The position numbers and the translations under genes are program-made. DNA of 64,000 nucleotides from Diplonema japonicum (Eukaryota; Protista; Euglenozoa: Diplonemea): contig OZ025650.1 of the NCBI GenBank assembly GCA_964019335.1, forward strand, positions 310,001-374,000. Reading direction: 5' to 3'. The notes beneath the pieces are model-generated. The model saw nothing but the letters and a program-made list of their open reading frames with translations. It was not told the origin of the DNA and searched no databases. Positions 35,659 to 45,100 of this stretch are shown piece by piece (position 1 is the stretch's first letter; every line of letters starts with the position of its first letter).

Positions 35659-35744
35659 TCAGGACAAATTGCAGTTACTGTCGTCAGGAACGAGTGTTTC
35701 CGACTGAGAGATCAGGTATTTGATAACTTACAGGTTGTCATCAC
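35659..35744 (-). ncRNA. C/D snoRNA family CD7 (targets not recognised)
   Basis: GTGATGA..GTTATCAAATAC|CTGA..TGACGA..GTAACTGCAATTTGTC|CTGA, with complete C, D', C' and D boxes. Copies at 40343, 51903, 58008 (truncated), 63060. Confidence 0.8.
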
Positions 35745-36118
35745 CGCAAAAAGGGGATAAAGCTGGAAAAGTGATTCGTGTTGTTGAAACACAGCAAAAA
35801 CCCAATCTGGTCAGATCTCGGATAGGGACCTATGCAACCGTCACCACAGGGAGGTGGACGGCCACTCAAACGCCTTCCTTTTCACTGTCGCGTCGGAGGC
35901 ATCCGTGTCTTCGGTAATCAAGTCGCTACACGGACAGAAACAAGAAAAATGATGTCAGCGGTGTCCTAAGGGTAATTAAGTTGCCATTTCTCGGGCATCG
36001 CACCTTGTGCTCCGACTGGGGCGGCATCATAGTGATTGTCATCATCTACTTGAAAAGTGCAAAACTGCTTTTTTTTTTGAAAGAGTTCTTGGCCTCTTTC
36101 AAAACTTTAAAAAACAAT

Positions 36119-36295
36119 TTATGTAGGACCACACCAAGGCACACAAAAGACACATGGAAGGAAGTGAAGGTGTGCTGGTTAAATGTGGTTCTGAGCTTTG
36201 CTGTTGCGTGCGTTGAAAAGGGAGGGCGGGATCTTTTGCTTCTCCCCAACAAAGTGTGTGGAGACCCATCCCTCCCAAACCTGTCGCCACGCGTT
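36119..36295 (-). ncRNA. Two-hairpin H/ACA RNA family HA5 (H box ACAGCA, terminal ACA-TAA), about 177 nt
   Basis: Hairpin 1 (GCGTG/CACGC, GGGAGGG/CCCTCCC), then ACAGCA, then hairpin 2 (AGAACCACA/TGTGGTCCT, GCACAC/GTGTGC), then ACA + 3 nt. Copies at 46620-46796, 50783-50959, 61755-61931. Confidence 0.7.
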
Positions 36296-36329
36296 CGGGG
36301 GTGCTGGTGGCGGAAGCAAAGTGGTCAAC

Positions 36330-36394
36330 TCATCTTGGAACAGGGAGTATACTGTTGGCAGCATGGGTGACCCCGCCACAGAGCTGTTTGTTCC
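36330..36394 (-). ncRNA. Single-hairpin AGA-box H/ACA-like RNA family HA3
   Basis: GGAACA-AACAGC..CTGT-GGCGG...CTGCC-A-ACAG..TACTCC-CTGTTCC-A-AGA-TGA. The pocket fits LSU GAGYA-UA-GCUGUU just upstream of GGAACCCGAAAG. Copies at 37037, 46519 (degenerate), 46839, 61983. Confidence 0.8.
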
Positions 36395-36435
36395 CTCTTT
36401 TCGATTTTCGGGTTTGCGGGTCAGCTCACCATTGA

Positions 36436-36535
36436 TCAGAAGTCAGGTAGGGTGTTCTTGGAATCGTTGCTCAACAAGTGATTGTTTGAAGATCTTCAGA
36501 TTGGCTAGGGCGGTAGAATTCCAGGTTGTCATCAC
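36436..36535 (-). ncRNA. C/D snoRNA family CD6
   Basis: GTGATGA-CAACCTGGAATTCTACCGCCCTAGCCAAT|CTGA...CCCTAC|CTGA-CTT|CTGA. Copies at 46948, 52936, 62089. Confidence 0.75.
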
Positions 36536-36724
36536 TTCAATTGGGGTCAGTTGGGGGATTCCTTCTAAAAATTGGCAAACTCGAGCACTCTTGGACAGGT
36601 AATGATGAGCTTGAGGTAGGTAGCGAGGCGCAGTCACAGCTCGAGGCACTGTCCTGAACACATCTGAACGTGTCATTTTTCTCTGCGGCTCAAACGCCTT
36701 CATACTAAAAAAAAAAGCAAAATG

Positions 36725-36806
36725 TCAGTCTCGACCTATTCTTTATATGCTCATCTCCCAAGGGTTTCCTGGGATGCACAGAGATTCCTAATGTATTGTA
36801 CATCAT
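36725..36806 (-). ncRNA. C/D snoRNA family CD3
   Basis: ATGATG(T/A)...GGAATCTC...AGAATAGGTCGAG(A/GA/GAGG)|CTGA, antisense to LSU CUCGACCUAUUCU and GAGAUUCC. Copies at 40678, 41109, 47404, 50633, 51347, 53376, 53800, 56065, 57000, 57533, 58039, 62534; decayed copy about 61617. Confidence 0.85.
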
Positions 36807-36916
36807 TCAATGGTTCTCAGGGGGGAGAAAGAATGTTTTGCTGGATGTGATTCTTTGGCCTTCCGGCGTTCCCTTTGAGGCGTTTGGGTGCACCAACAAA
36901 ATAACCTCCCAATGAA

Positions 36917-36996
36917 TCAGCTTGGAACCCGAAATACAAGTTTATAACTCACGAAAGTATTCATGTGAAACACGGAACATTGTACTTTCTCATCAT
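36917..36996 (-). ncRNA. C/D snoRNA family CD4 (snR39B-like D guide)
   Basis: ATGATGA..TCCGTGTTTCAC|ATGA..TTTCGGGTTCCAAG|CTGA, antisense to LSU UGAAACACGGA and UUGGAACCCGAAA. Copies at 47283, 51220, 53249, 55940, 57406, 62419. Confidence 0.9.
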
Positions 36997-38059
36997 TTTA
37001 TTGAGGTAGTAGTTTACTTAAGAATTTGCAGGTCTGATATCTTGGAACAGGGAGTATACTGTTGGCAGCATGGGTGACCCCGCCACAGAGCTGTTTGTTC
37101 CCTCTTGTGTTGCAGGAAAAGCGGAAACAGGGAAAAGGGCTTCAAAAGAGAAGGCAGTGAAATCGTGTCAGCGGTGTCCTAAGGGTAATTAAGTTGCCAT
37201 TTCTCGGGCATCGCACCTTGTGCTCCGACTGGGGCGGCATCATAGTGATTGTCATCATTTAAGTTCAGCAGCAAAAGTCAATAAAGTTTGGATCCTTCTC
37301 CTTCCCCACCCTTTACCAGTACTCAACAAGCACTTCAATCTCGCAGAAGCATAATTCACTTCGCAAGTATTTAACGAGAAATGGAAGCGACTCAACTGTC
37401 CGCTACGCACAGAGCCATTGTGCATCGCTCTTTTCTGTTCTCAGGAACTCGGTGGTCGAGGACAGATTGACATAAAAGTTAAAGGAGGCCGGTGTTGGCG
37501 GCGCCCTGCACAAAAACTCTCTACTTGATTTCAGCGCACCGCGGCCGAGTTGTAGCTTCTTCTGCGTTCCGCGTCGTGTCCTTAATGCATGCGGTGTATA
37601 GACGCCAGCCGGGGTGCCCCGGGTAACCAAGATTCGGCGCTCGTGCAGTTTGCTGCCTGTTCGTCACCCTGAGCATCTGCAATACGTTCTTCTACTCGGG
37701 CTACCGGTGATGACCGACGAGGAGGTCAACAGCAAACAACACATCTGATGTACTCTTTATATTTCCATGTTATCCACCAATTGGAATTACAGTCGAGGAA
37801 CAAGCGTCTCTGACTGAGAGCAGTGTTCCCCTTCTTTATATGAATTGCGATGCACGTCAATAATAATAAATTTGAACAAGGCGTAAGATAAAAAAACTGT
37901 TCTGAAAAAAGAAAATGGCGATGTTGTTAAAGGTCAAGTCCCACTTGAGACCACCCTAAAAAGAAGAGAGGGACAAATACTAACTGCGAATACTCGCACC
38001 CACCGGTGGTGAGCTCAATAAAAAAAAGGAGGGGGGGGGGGATGGATCTTAAGTTTGAT

Positions 38060-39409
38060 TCAAACCTTCTTAGAAAAGGCCCAAGTCAAGCCGGACCAGA
38101 CATGGCGCACACCGAAGGGAAGCTTCGAAGGACTGGGGTCACAGCAGAATAAGACTTGGCTGCTGTTCTCTGCGTCGGCCACGGTTATGGAATCGTCAAG
38201 GGGGTCCACCTCGACAACCTTCAAGGAGGGCTGATCATCCAGAGGGGGGGTCATGTCACCCACTTTGAAGGTGTCGCGGAACGAGTAAAAGTACTTGGTG
38301 TCAAGGGGCAAATAGAGGTCCTTCACAGGGGAATAGTCCTTGTCGTCAACGAGGCGCACGGTGGAGTTGCGGTGCCCTGCCCGATCCAGAAGCAGCCGCC
38401 GCAGTGTCCTTGCATTGGTACTGCCCAGCACCAAAATACGTTCATCGACTTCAGAGTCCTCCTTCGAGATATCTAAAAAAGAGAACCCATCCAGGAAGTC
38501 ACGGAGCAAGGTCTCCTCCGGGCACAGGAACTTCACATTCGCTGTCATCTCCTTGCATAACTCCTTCTCCAGTACCCTCACGTCATCCTTGGTCGCCCCT
38601 ACAACTGCCACGACCCTCGCCAGCACCTGCTTCTCCCCGCACACGACTGTGTCGAAGTACTCCCTGTTCAGGTCTGTGAAGTGCACGACGTGCATGTCAA
38701 CCACCACCCTCGACTGCGGCCTCCACTCCCCCTCCTTCCCGTTTGAGAACCACACGTCGCCAATTGACGTCTCGCTCGCAATGGTGTCGAACACCCAGCG
38801 CTCGTCCTCTTCGCATGCGTCCCTTGCCCCCTCCGCCTGCAGACTGGGCGACAGCTTCCTGTTCACGACAGCGAAGTCGGACTGGTGATTTGCGTTGTAA
38901 GGGACGGGCGATGCACCGCTGTTCACGAGGGACATGAAGTACTCGAACATCTCCTCCACGCCCTTCGGGTCTGTAGAGGACTGCTTCTCGAACAGGATTG
39001 GCACCTTGTGCTCTGTCTCCATTCGCATACCTGCGACCCCCTTGTTGATTTCGCTCTCGGACTCACGGGCCACCTCACCGTAGGCAAGGATGAGGAGGGG
39101 GGATTTCAGAGAAACAACTTTGTTGAGGATCCAGCTCGCTTGCGATGTTCCTAGTTCAACAACAATAACTGTCGGCACGGGACGCAGGAGCCATTCGCTA
39201 CCCTCAACATCAACACACGCCCTCACCTCCCGACACCCTCCCACATTGTCCAGGATCTTCTTCGCAAGATTCACTCGGCTAGTCGAGTGACCCACCACTT
39301 GAACCACGGGTGTTTCTTCCACAGTCGGTGCTGTTTCTTCCACAGTCGGTGTTGCTCCTTGTTGCCTCGCTTCTTCCACGACCGTCGGTATAGTTGCGTT
39401 CTCCAACAT
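38060..39409 (-). CDS. Orphan family protein A (C-terminus PSKLPFGVRHVWSGLTWAFSKKV)
   Basis: Long ORF. The start at 39409 is inferred from alignment to the paralog at 52813; C-terminus shared with two paralogs. Confidence 0.7.
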   Translation of the reverse strand: MLENATIPTVVEEARQQGATPTVEETAPTVEETPVVQVVGHSTSRVNLAKKILDNVGGCREVRACVDVEGSEWLLRPVPTVIVVELGTSQASWILNKVVSLKSPLLILAYGEVARESESEINKGVAGMRMETEHKVPILFEKQSSTDPKGVEEMFEYFMSLVNSGASPVPYNANHQSDFAVVNRKLSPSLQAEGARDACEEDERWVFDTIASETSIGDVWFSNGKEGEWRPQSRVVVDMHVVHFTDLNREYFDTVVCGEKQVLARVVAVVGATKDDVRVLEKELCKEMTANVKFLCPEETLLRDFLDGFSFLDISKEDSEVDERILVLGSTNARTLRRLLLDRAGHRNSTVRLVDDKDYSPVKDLYLPLDTKYFYSFRDTFKVGDMTPPLDDQPSLKVVEVDPLDDSITVADAENSSQVLFCCDPSPSKLPFGVRHVWSGLTWAFSKKV

Positions 39410-39803
39410 AGTTTGGTATTGTCGCTTGCGGTGTGTTAAGAACCTATGGTGTGATGGTGGCCTCATCTACTAGTCTCATTAAAATGGTTTTAATTTACGA
39501 AAAACCAATATTGGCTCATTTCAGGAAATCACCCGAACCGGAGGACGATACCATTTCGAAGAGCTTCAAGATGATTTTGATGTTAAAAGAAGTCATCAGC
39601 CGCTGGAAAGAAGCGAACGACTGACGGTGTGGAAAGAAGACCCGGACCTATCATGACAATAACTTCCGCCAACTCGCCTGTACCTCTTATTTCAAAGCAC
39701 TTGCCAAAAATGCAAAACACATCATACGTTCCCCTCTTGGACAGTGATTGTCATCATCTACTTTTGCAAAACGCATCACACGTTTCCCTCTTAGGTTGCC
39801 AAG

Positions 39804-41452
39804 CACTCTTGGACAGGTAATGATGAGCTTGAGGTAGGTAGCGAGGCGCAGTCACAGCTCGAGGCACTGTCCTGAACACATCTGAACGTGTCATTTTTCT
39901 CTCTCCCTCCCACAAGAGCTCAGTCCTCAGGAAAAAAAGAATGGGCGGGAAAGTGATGTCAGCGGTGTCCTAAGGGTAATTAAGTTTTTGCCATTTCTCG
40001 GGCATCGCACCTTGTGCTCCGACTGGGGCGGCATCATAGTGATTGTCATCATTTAAGTTCAGCAGCAAAAGTCAATAAAGTTTGGATCCTTCTCCTTCCC
40101 CACCCTTTACCCAGTACTCAACAAGCACTTCAATCTCGCAGAAGCATAATTCACTTCGCAAGTATTTAACGAGAAATGGAAGCGACTCAACTGTCCGCTA
40201 CGCACGGAGCAGGAACACCCCCCCTCCCCATTTATCACTCCTTTTTATTCCCAGGGAATCAGTGGTTAAGGACAGTCATAGCTCGAGGCACTGCCCTGAA
40301 CACATCTGAACGTGTCCTTTCTCACCCACAAGAGCTCAGTGGTCAGGACAAATTGCAGTTACTGTCGTCAGGAACGAGTGTTTCCGACTGAGAGATCAGG
40401 TATTTGATAACTTACAGGTTGTCATCACTGCAAAAGGATAAATTGGGAAATTCGTGGTGAAACACAGCCAATCAGATCACATGACCTAATTTAGTCAGAT
40501 CTCGGAAGGGGATAAATTGGAAAAGTGATTCGTGTTGTTGAAACACAGTAAAAACCCAATCTGGTCAGATCTCGGATAGGGACCTATGCAACCGTCACCA
40601 CAGGGAGGTGGACGGCCACTCAAACGCCTTCCTTTTCACTGTCGCGTCGAGGCATATCTCCGGTAGAAAAAAGATTGTCAGTCTCGACCTATTCTTTATA
40701 TGCTCATCTCCCAGGGGTTTCCTGGGATGCACAGAGATTCCTAATGTATATTGTACATCATCCAATGGTTCATGGGTGCGGGAAAAGAAAAAAAGGAAGA
40801 ATGTGATGTCAGCGGTGTCCTAAGGGTAATTAAGTTGCCATTTCTCGGGCATCGCACCTTGTGCTCCGACTGGGGCGGCATCATAGTGATTGTCATCATC
40901 AAAGAAAAAGGGCGAAAAAGGATATGGTCAGACGAAACCCGAAAGTTAACTTCACTGCAAATGCATCAGGTCTTGAAACACATTGGAAAGTAATGTCATC
41001 ATTTAAAGGGGGCTGGGCAAACACGAAACACAATTTTCCTTCTCGTGTGGTGGCTTCCCTTTAAAATTTGCGGAAAAGGAAGATATCTTCGGTAGAGAAA
41101 AAAGATTGTCAGTCTCGACCTATTCTTTATATGCTCATCTCCCAGGGGTTTCCTGGGATGCACAGAGATTCCTAATGTATTGTACATCATCCAATGGTTC
41201 ATGGGTGCGGGAAAAGAAAAAAAGGAAGAATGTGATGTCAGCGGTGTCCTAAGGGTAATTAAGTTTTTGCCATTTCTCGGGCATCGCACCTTGTGCTCCG
41301 ACTGGGGCGGCATCATAGTGATTGTCATCATTTCCTTTTTGAATCCAAAACTGTCAAAGGTATGTATTCTTGGACTGTGTTAGTTCTTGCCCGAGTCATT
41401 GACCTGCAGTGGCGATGTCGAAGACTGCGCCCAGAGGCTGGTTACCAAGGGC
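39804..41452 (-). ncRNA. snoRNA cluster 2 (HA2, CD1 x3, CD7, CD3 x2, CD2, HA1)
   Basis: Same module families in a different order. Confidence 0.85.
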
Positions 41453-42133
41453 TTCTCTTATGGATGGTGGTGGAGGGTGCTGAATGCAACAAAAATACGA
41501 TATAAAATAAAAAAAATAAAAATGAAATAAAAGAAGAGAGACAAAGGCGAAACAGGAAATTATCCCGTACGCCCTTTTGCAGAGAGGAAAAATGCTAAAG
41601 AGGCAGTAGAAATGTAAAAAGCCCTTTCTCACTTCTGACATGGTGCTAGGACCGCCGGATTCGAGGTGCCTATGCACAAAGAAGTGAGAGCCAAGGATGG
41701 ACAGAGTCGATAACCCGAAGCCTGAGCGGCAGGTGTACACGTTCCAAAACTCTTCTCGGAACGAACTTGCCTCCTCCGCAAAGGAAAGGTACCGAATCCC
41801 CACCTCGGGGGCAAAAGAGAAGGGACGGGGGAAAGGGGAATAAATGTTACCACGATCCGCCACAGGGGGTGGGGGGATAATAAAAGATTAACTTGCAAAA
41901 GAATATGTTCGCAACAAACAGGGGGAATTATGACCTGCTCAACTGCTCCTAAGAGATCATTTTATTGCCCCCTTTTATTTAATTCTCTTCAAAAGTATCG
42001 TTCAGTCTGTTAAATAAAGAGTGGAAATATAACTAAAATAGAGGTTAGAAAAAGTTCATCAACAGCCGTACTGACCTTCAGCAAAGAAGGCCGTAGCGGA
42101 GAAAGGGAATGCGAATATCTAGAATCAAAAATT

Positions 42134-45100
42134 CTAGATGGTTCCCAGTTCCACATCTGCGGCTTGCTTGTGGACCATCACCTCTTCTTCCTTGAGTGCG
42201 TTGTAAAGCTCGTCTGCTGTAGCGGCTGTGCTCCTCTTGCGGCTGTAGACGGTGAGGGCGAGGGCGGATCCCATGCACAAGGCGCCGACCCCAGCGAGGA
42301 GGGCGTAGAGCCAGGTCTTGGACGAGGAGCCGGAGTTGGAGGAGTCATCGGTGGTGGTGGTGGTGGTGGTCTTCTTCCCGCCTGCCTCCACCACCCCCAC
42401 AGGTTCCACCACAAGGGAGTAGCCGCCGGTGTTGTCCCTCATCGCGCCTTCCCCGTTCGCTGCCTGTTCTGTCGACTCCTCCAGTTCCTTCGCTGCCTTC
42501 TCGTCCACGAAGAACTCCCCGAACACACCCTCGTCACCCGCTGCCGCTGTCGAGGCCGTCTGCACAGCACTCGCCCCGAGCGCCTTCCCGGTTCGTGTCT
42601 TGTACTGTTCCAGCAGTGCCTTCTCCTCCACCGCCAGCTCAGCGTTCCACGAGGCGCGCACCTTGAACGCCCACTTCTCGCGCTGCGCCCCCTCCGGGAC
42701 CGTGTACCCGACCATCAGGGACCCCACAGCCGTCACCACCAGTCGCGAAGGGTTCTTCGCAAGCTCCTCCGATCCGCGCAGCAGCGACATCCTGAACTTC
42801 TTCAGGAAAGCTTTCGGGTTCTCCATCAGTTCTGAAGTTGTCCCCTTTAGTTTCAGCCTCAGTGACTTCTTCCCTTCCTTCTTCTCTTCTTCTTCTTCTT
42901 CTTCTTCTTCCTCCTTCTGCTTCTTCATCACAACAGTCTCCTCTTCCGCAGGGCACCACAGGTATTTCATGGAACAGCAACCCGCCTTCTGCTTAACGTC
43001 AAGGAGGCTCCCCGCCATGCAGTTCACCTCGCACTTGTTCTCGTTCTCGCAGCACCACTCCTTCTTCCCGGGTGCCTCTGTCTTGTCGTCGCAGTCAAAC
43101 TTCGTCGCAAGGCACCTCACCCCCACCGCGCAGCACTCCTCGTCGCTCCTCTGCCCCTTCTTGCACTCCGCCACCACCTTTGCGAGTTCCTTCTCCGCGT
43201 CCACCACAGCCGGCGACGGGCACCTCACCTTCTGCTCACCGCAGCACCTTGTCTTCTGTTCCCTCGTCCACGGTGCCACCGTCTCCATGTTCCATCTGCA
43301 GTCCAGAGGCTTGCACTCCTGCTCCTCGCACCTCATCTTCCCGTCAACGCACAGGCACATGTTGCAGTCCCTCATCGCTGTTTCCCCGGACTTCAGCACC
43401 TTTGCTCCTTCCACGCACTCCCTCTCCACAGGCAGCGACGGCACGTTCACCGCCACACACCTCGCCCCCTTCACCTTGTCCTCAACACAGGTCATGGTCG
43501 CAATGCAGACAACTGAAGCACAGGTCGGAACAGGAGGGTCGATGATGATCTGGGGCTTCTGACAAACAGACTCAGAGACAAGGGTTTGAACACCGTCACG
43601 GGGCTTGCACTCAAGGCCTTGGTCACACTTACCCTTCATGTCGCCGTTGTTTTCACACACCTCACCCTCCTTCAGGTACTTTGGTTTCTCACAAGCCATT
43701 TTCGTGCACCCCAACCTTCCGTTCATGCAGGTGCACTTGTTGCAGTCGTTCATAAATGACGAGCCCTCAGCGACGACCTTCCCATCTGAGTTGGTGCAGT
43801 CCATGGGCTTGGGCTTTTCGAGGGGAACACACCTCGCCCCATTCACCTTGTCCTCAACACAGGTAGTGGTTGCAATGCAGATCATTGAGGCACAGGTCGC
43901 AGGCTTGGGATCAATGAAGATGGTGTCCTTCTGGCAGATCGACTCAGAGACAAGGGTCTGGGCACCAGGACGGGACTTGCACAGAAGGCCTTGGTCACAC
44001 TTACCCTTCACATCACCGTTGTTCTCACACACCTCACCCTCCTTCAGGTACTTTGGCTTCTCACAAGCCTTTTCCGTGCATGCCAACCTTCCGTTCATGC
44101 AGGTGCATTCGTTGCAGTCGTTCATGTATGACGAGCCTTCAGAGACGACCTTCCCATCGGAGTTGGTGCAGTCCATGGGCTTGGGCTTCTCGAGGGGAAC
44201 ACACCTCGCCCCCTTCACCTTGTCCTCAACACAGATAGTGGTTGCAATGCAGATCATCGAAGCACAGGTAGGCTTGGAAGGGTCGATGATGACTTGGGGC
44301 TTCTGACAAACAGACTCAGAGACAAGGGTTTGAACACCGTCACGGGGCCTGCACTCAAGGCCTTGGTCACACTTACCCTTCACATCACCGTTGTTTTCAC
44401 ACACCTCACCCTCCTTCAGGTACTGTGTTGGCTTTGTGGGAGGGCTCGCCATCGGAACACACTCATCCTTTGGAGGGTCCACAGTGTTGTCAGTCATGCA
44501 AGTGTAGCCAGGGCCGCATCTCATGGTGGTGCACGCAACAGGCTTGGGCTGCACAAGGGGAACACACCTCGCCCCATTCACCTTGTCCTCAACACAGGTA
44601 GTGGTTGCAATGCAGATCATTGAGGCACAGGTCGCAGGCTTGGGATCAATGAAGATGGTGTCCTTCTGGCAGATCGACTCAGAGACAAGGGTCTGGGCAC
44701 CAGGACGGGACTTGCACAGAAGGCCTTGGTCACACTTACCCTTCACATCACCGTTGTTCTCACACACCTCACCCTCCTTCAGATACTCGGCAGATCCGAT
44801 CGGAACACATCTCGCCCCCTTCATCTTGTCCTCAACACAGGTAGTGGTCGCAATGCAGATCATTGAAGCACAGGTAGGCTTGGAAGGGTTTATGATGACT
44901 TGGGGATTCTGACACACGGATTCAGAGACAAAGGTCTTAACACCATCACGGGGCCTGCACTCAAGGCCTTGGTCACACTTACCCTTCACATCACCGTTGT
45001 ACTCGCACACCTCAGCCTCCTTCAGGTACTGTGCGGGTTTTGTGGGAGGGCTCCCCATGGGGACACACTCATCCTTGGGAGGGTCCACAGTGTTGTCAGT

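Larger units (their letters stand above)
35098..37258 (-). ncRNA. snoRNA cluster 1 (CD1 x3, CD2, CD3, CD4, CD6, CD7, HA1, HA2 x2, HA3 x2, HA5)
   Basis: Tandem 65-180 nt modules with minus-strand RTGATGA...CTGA or hairpin+AGA/ACA-NNN and rRNA-antisense elements. Confidence 0.85.

Noticed and set aside
36119-36295. snR30/U17 assignment
   Set aside because: The conserved m1/m2 motifs were not found in the 3' hairpin; left as an unassigned H/ACA RNA.
36602-36666. Plus-strand C/D snoRNA reading (ATGATGA...CTGA...CTGA)
   Set aside because: The ATGATGA is the complement of the HA2 pocket that pairs with rRNA AAUGAU. The CTGA is not kept in all copies, and the minus-strand hairpin+AGA model fits the strand of the whole locus.
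39470-39730. Plus-strand coding-like fragment upstream of orphan A
   Set aside because: Only short frames with no recognisable motif; cannot be supported as a gene.
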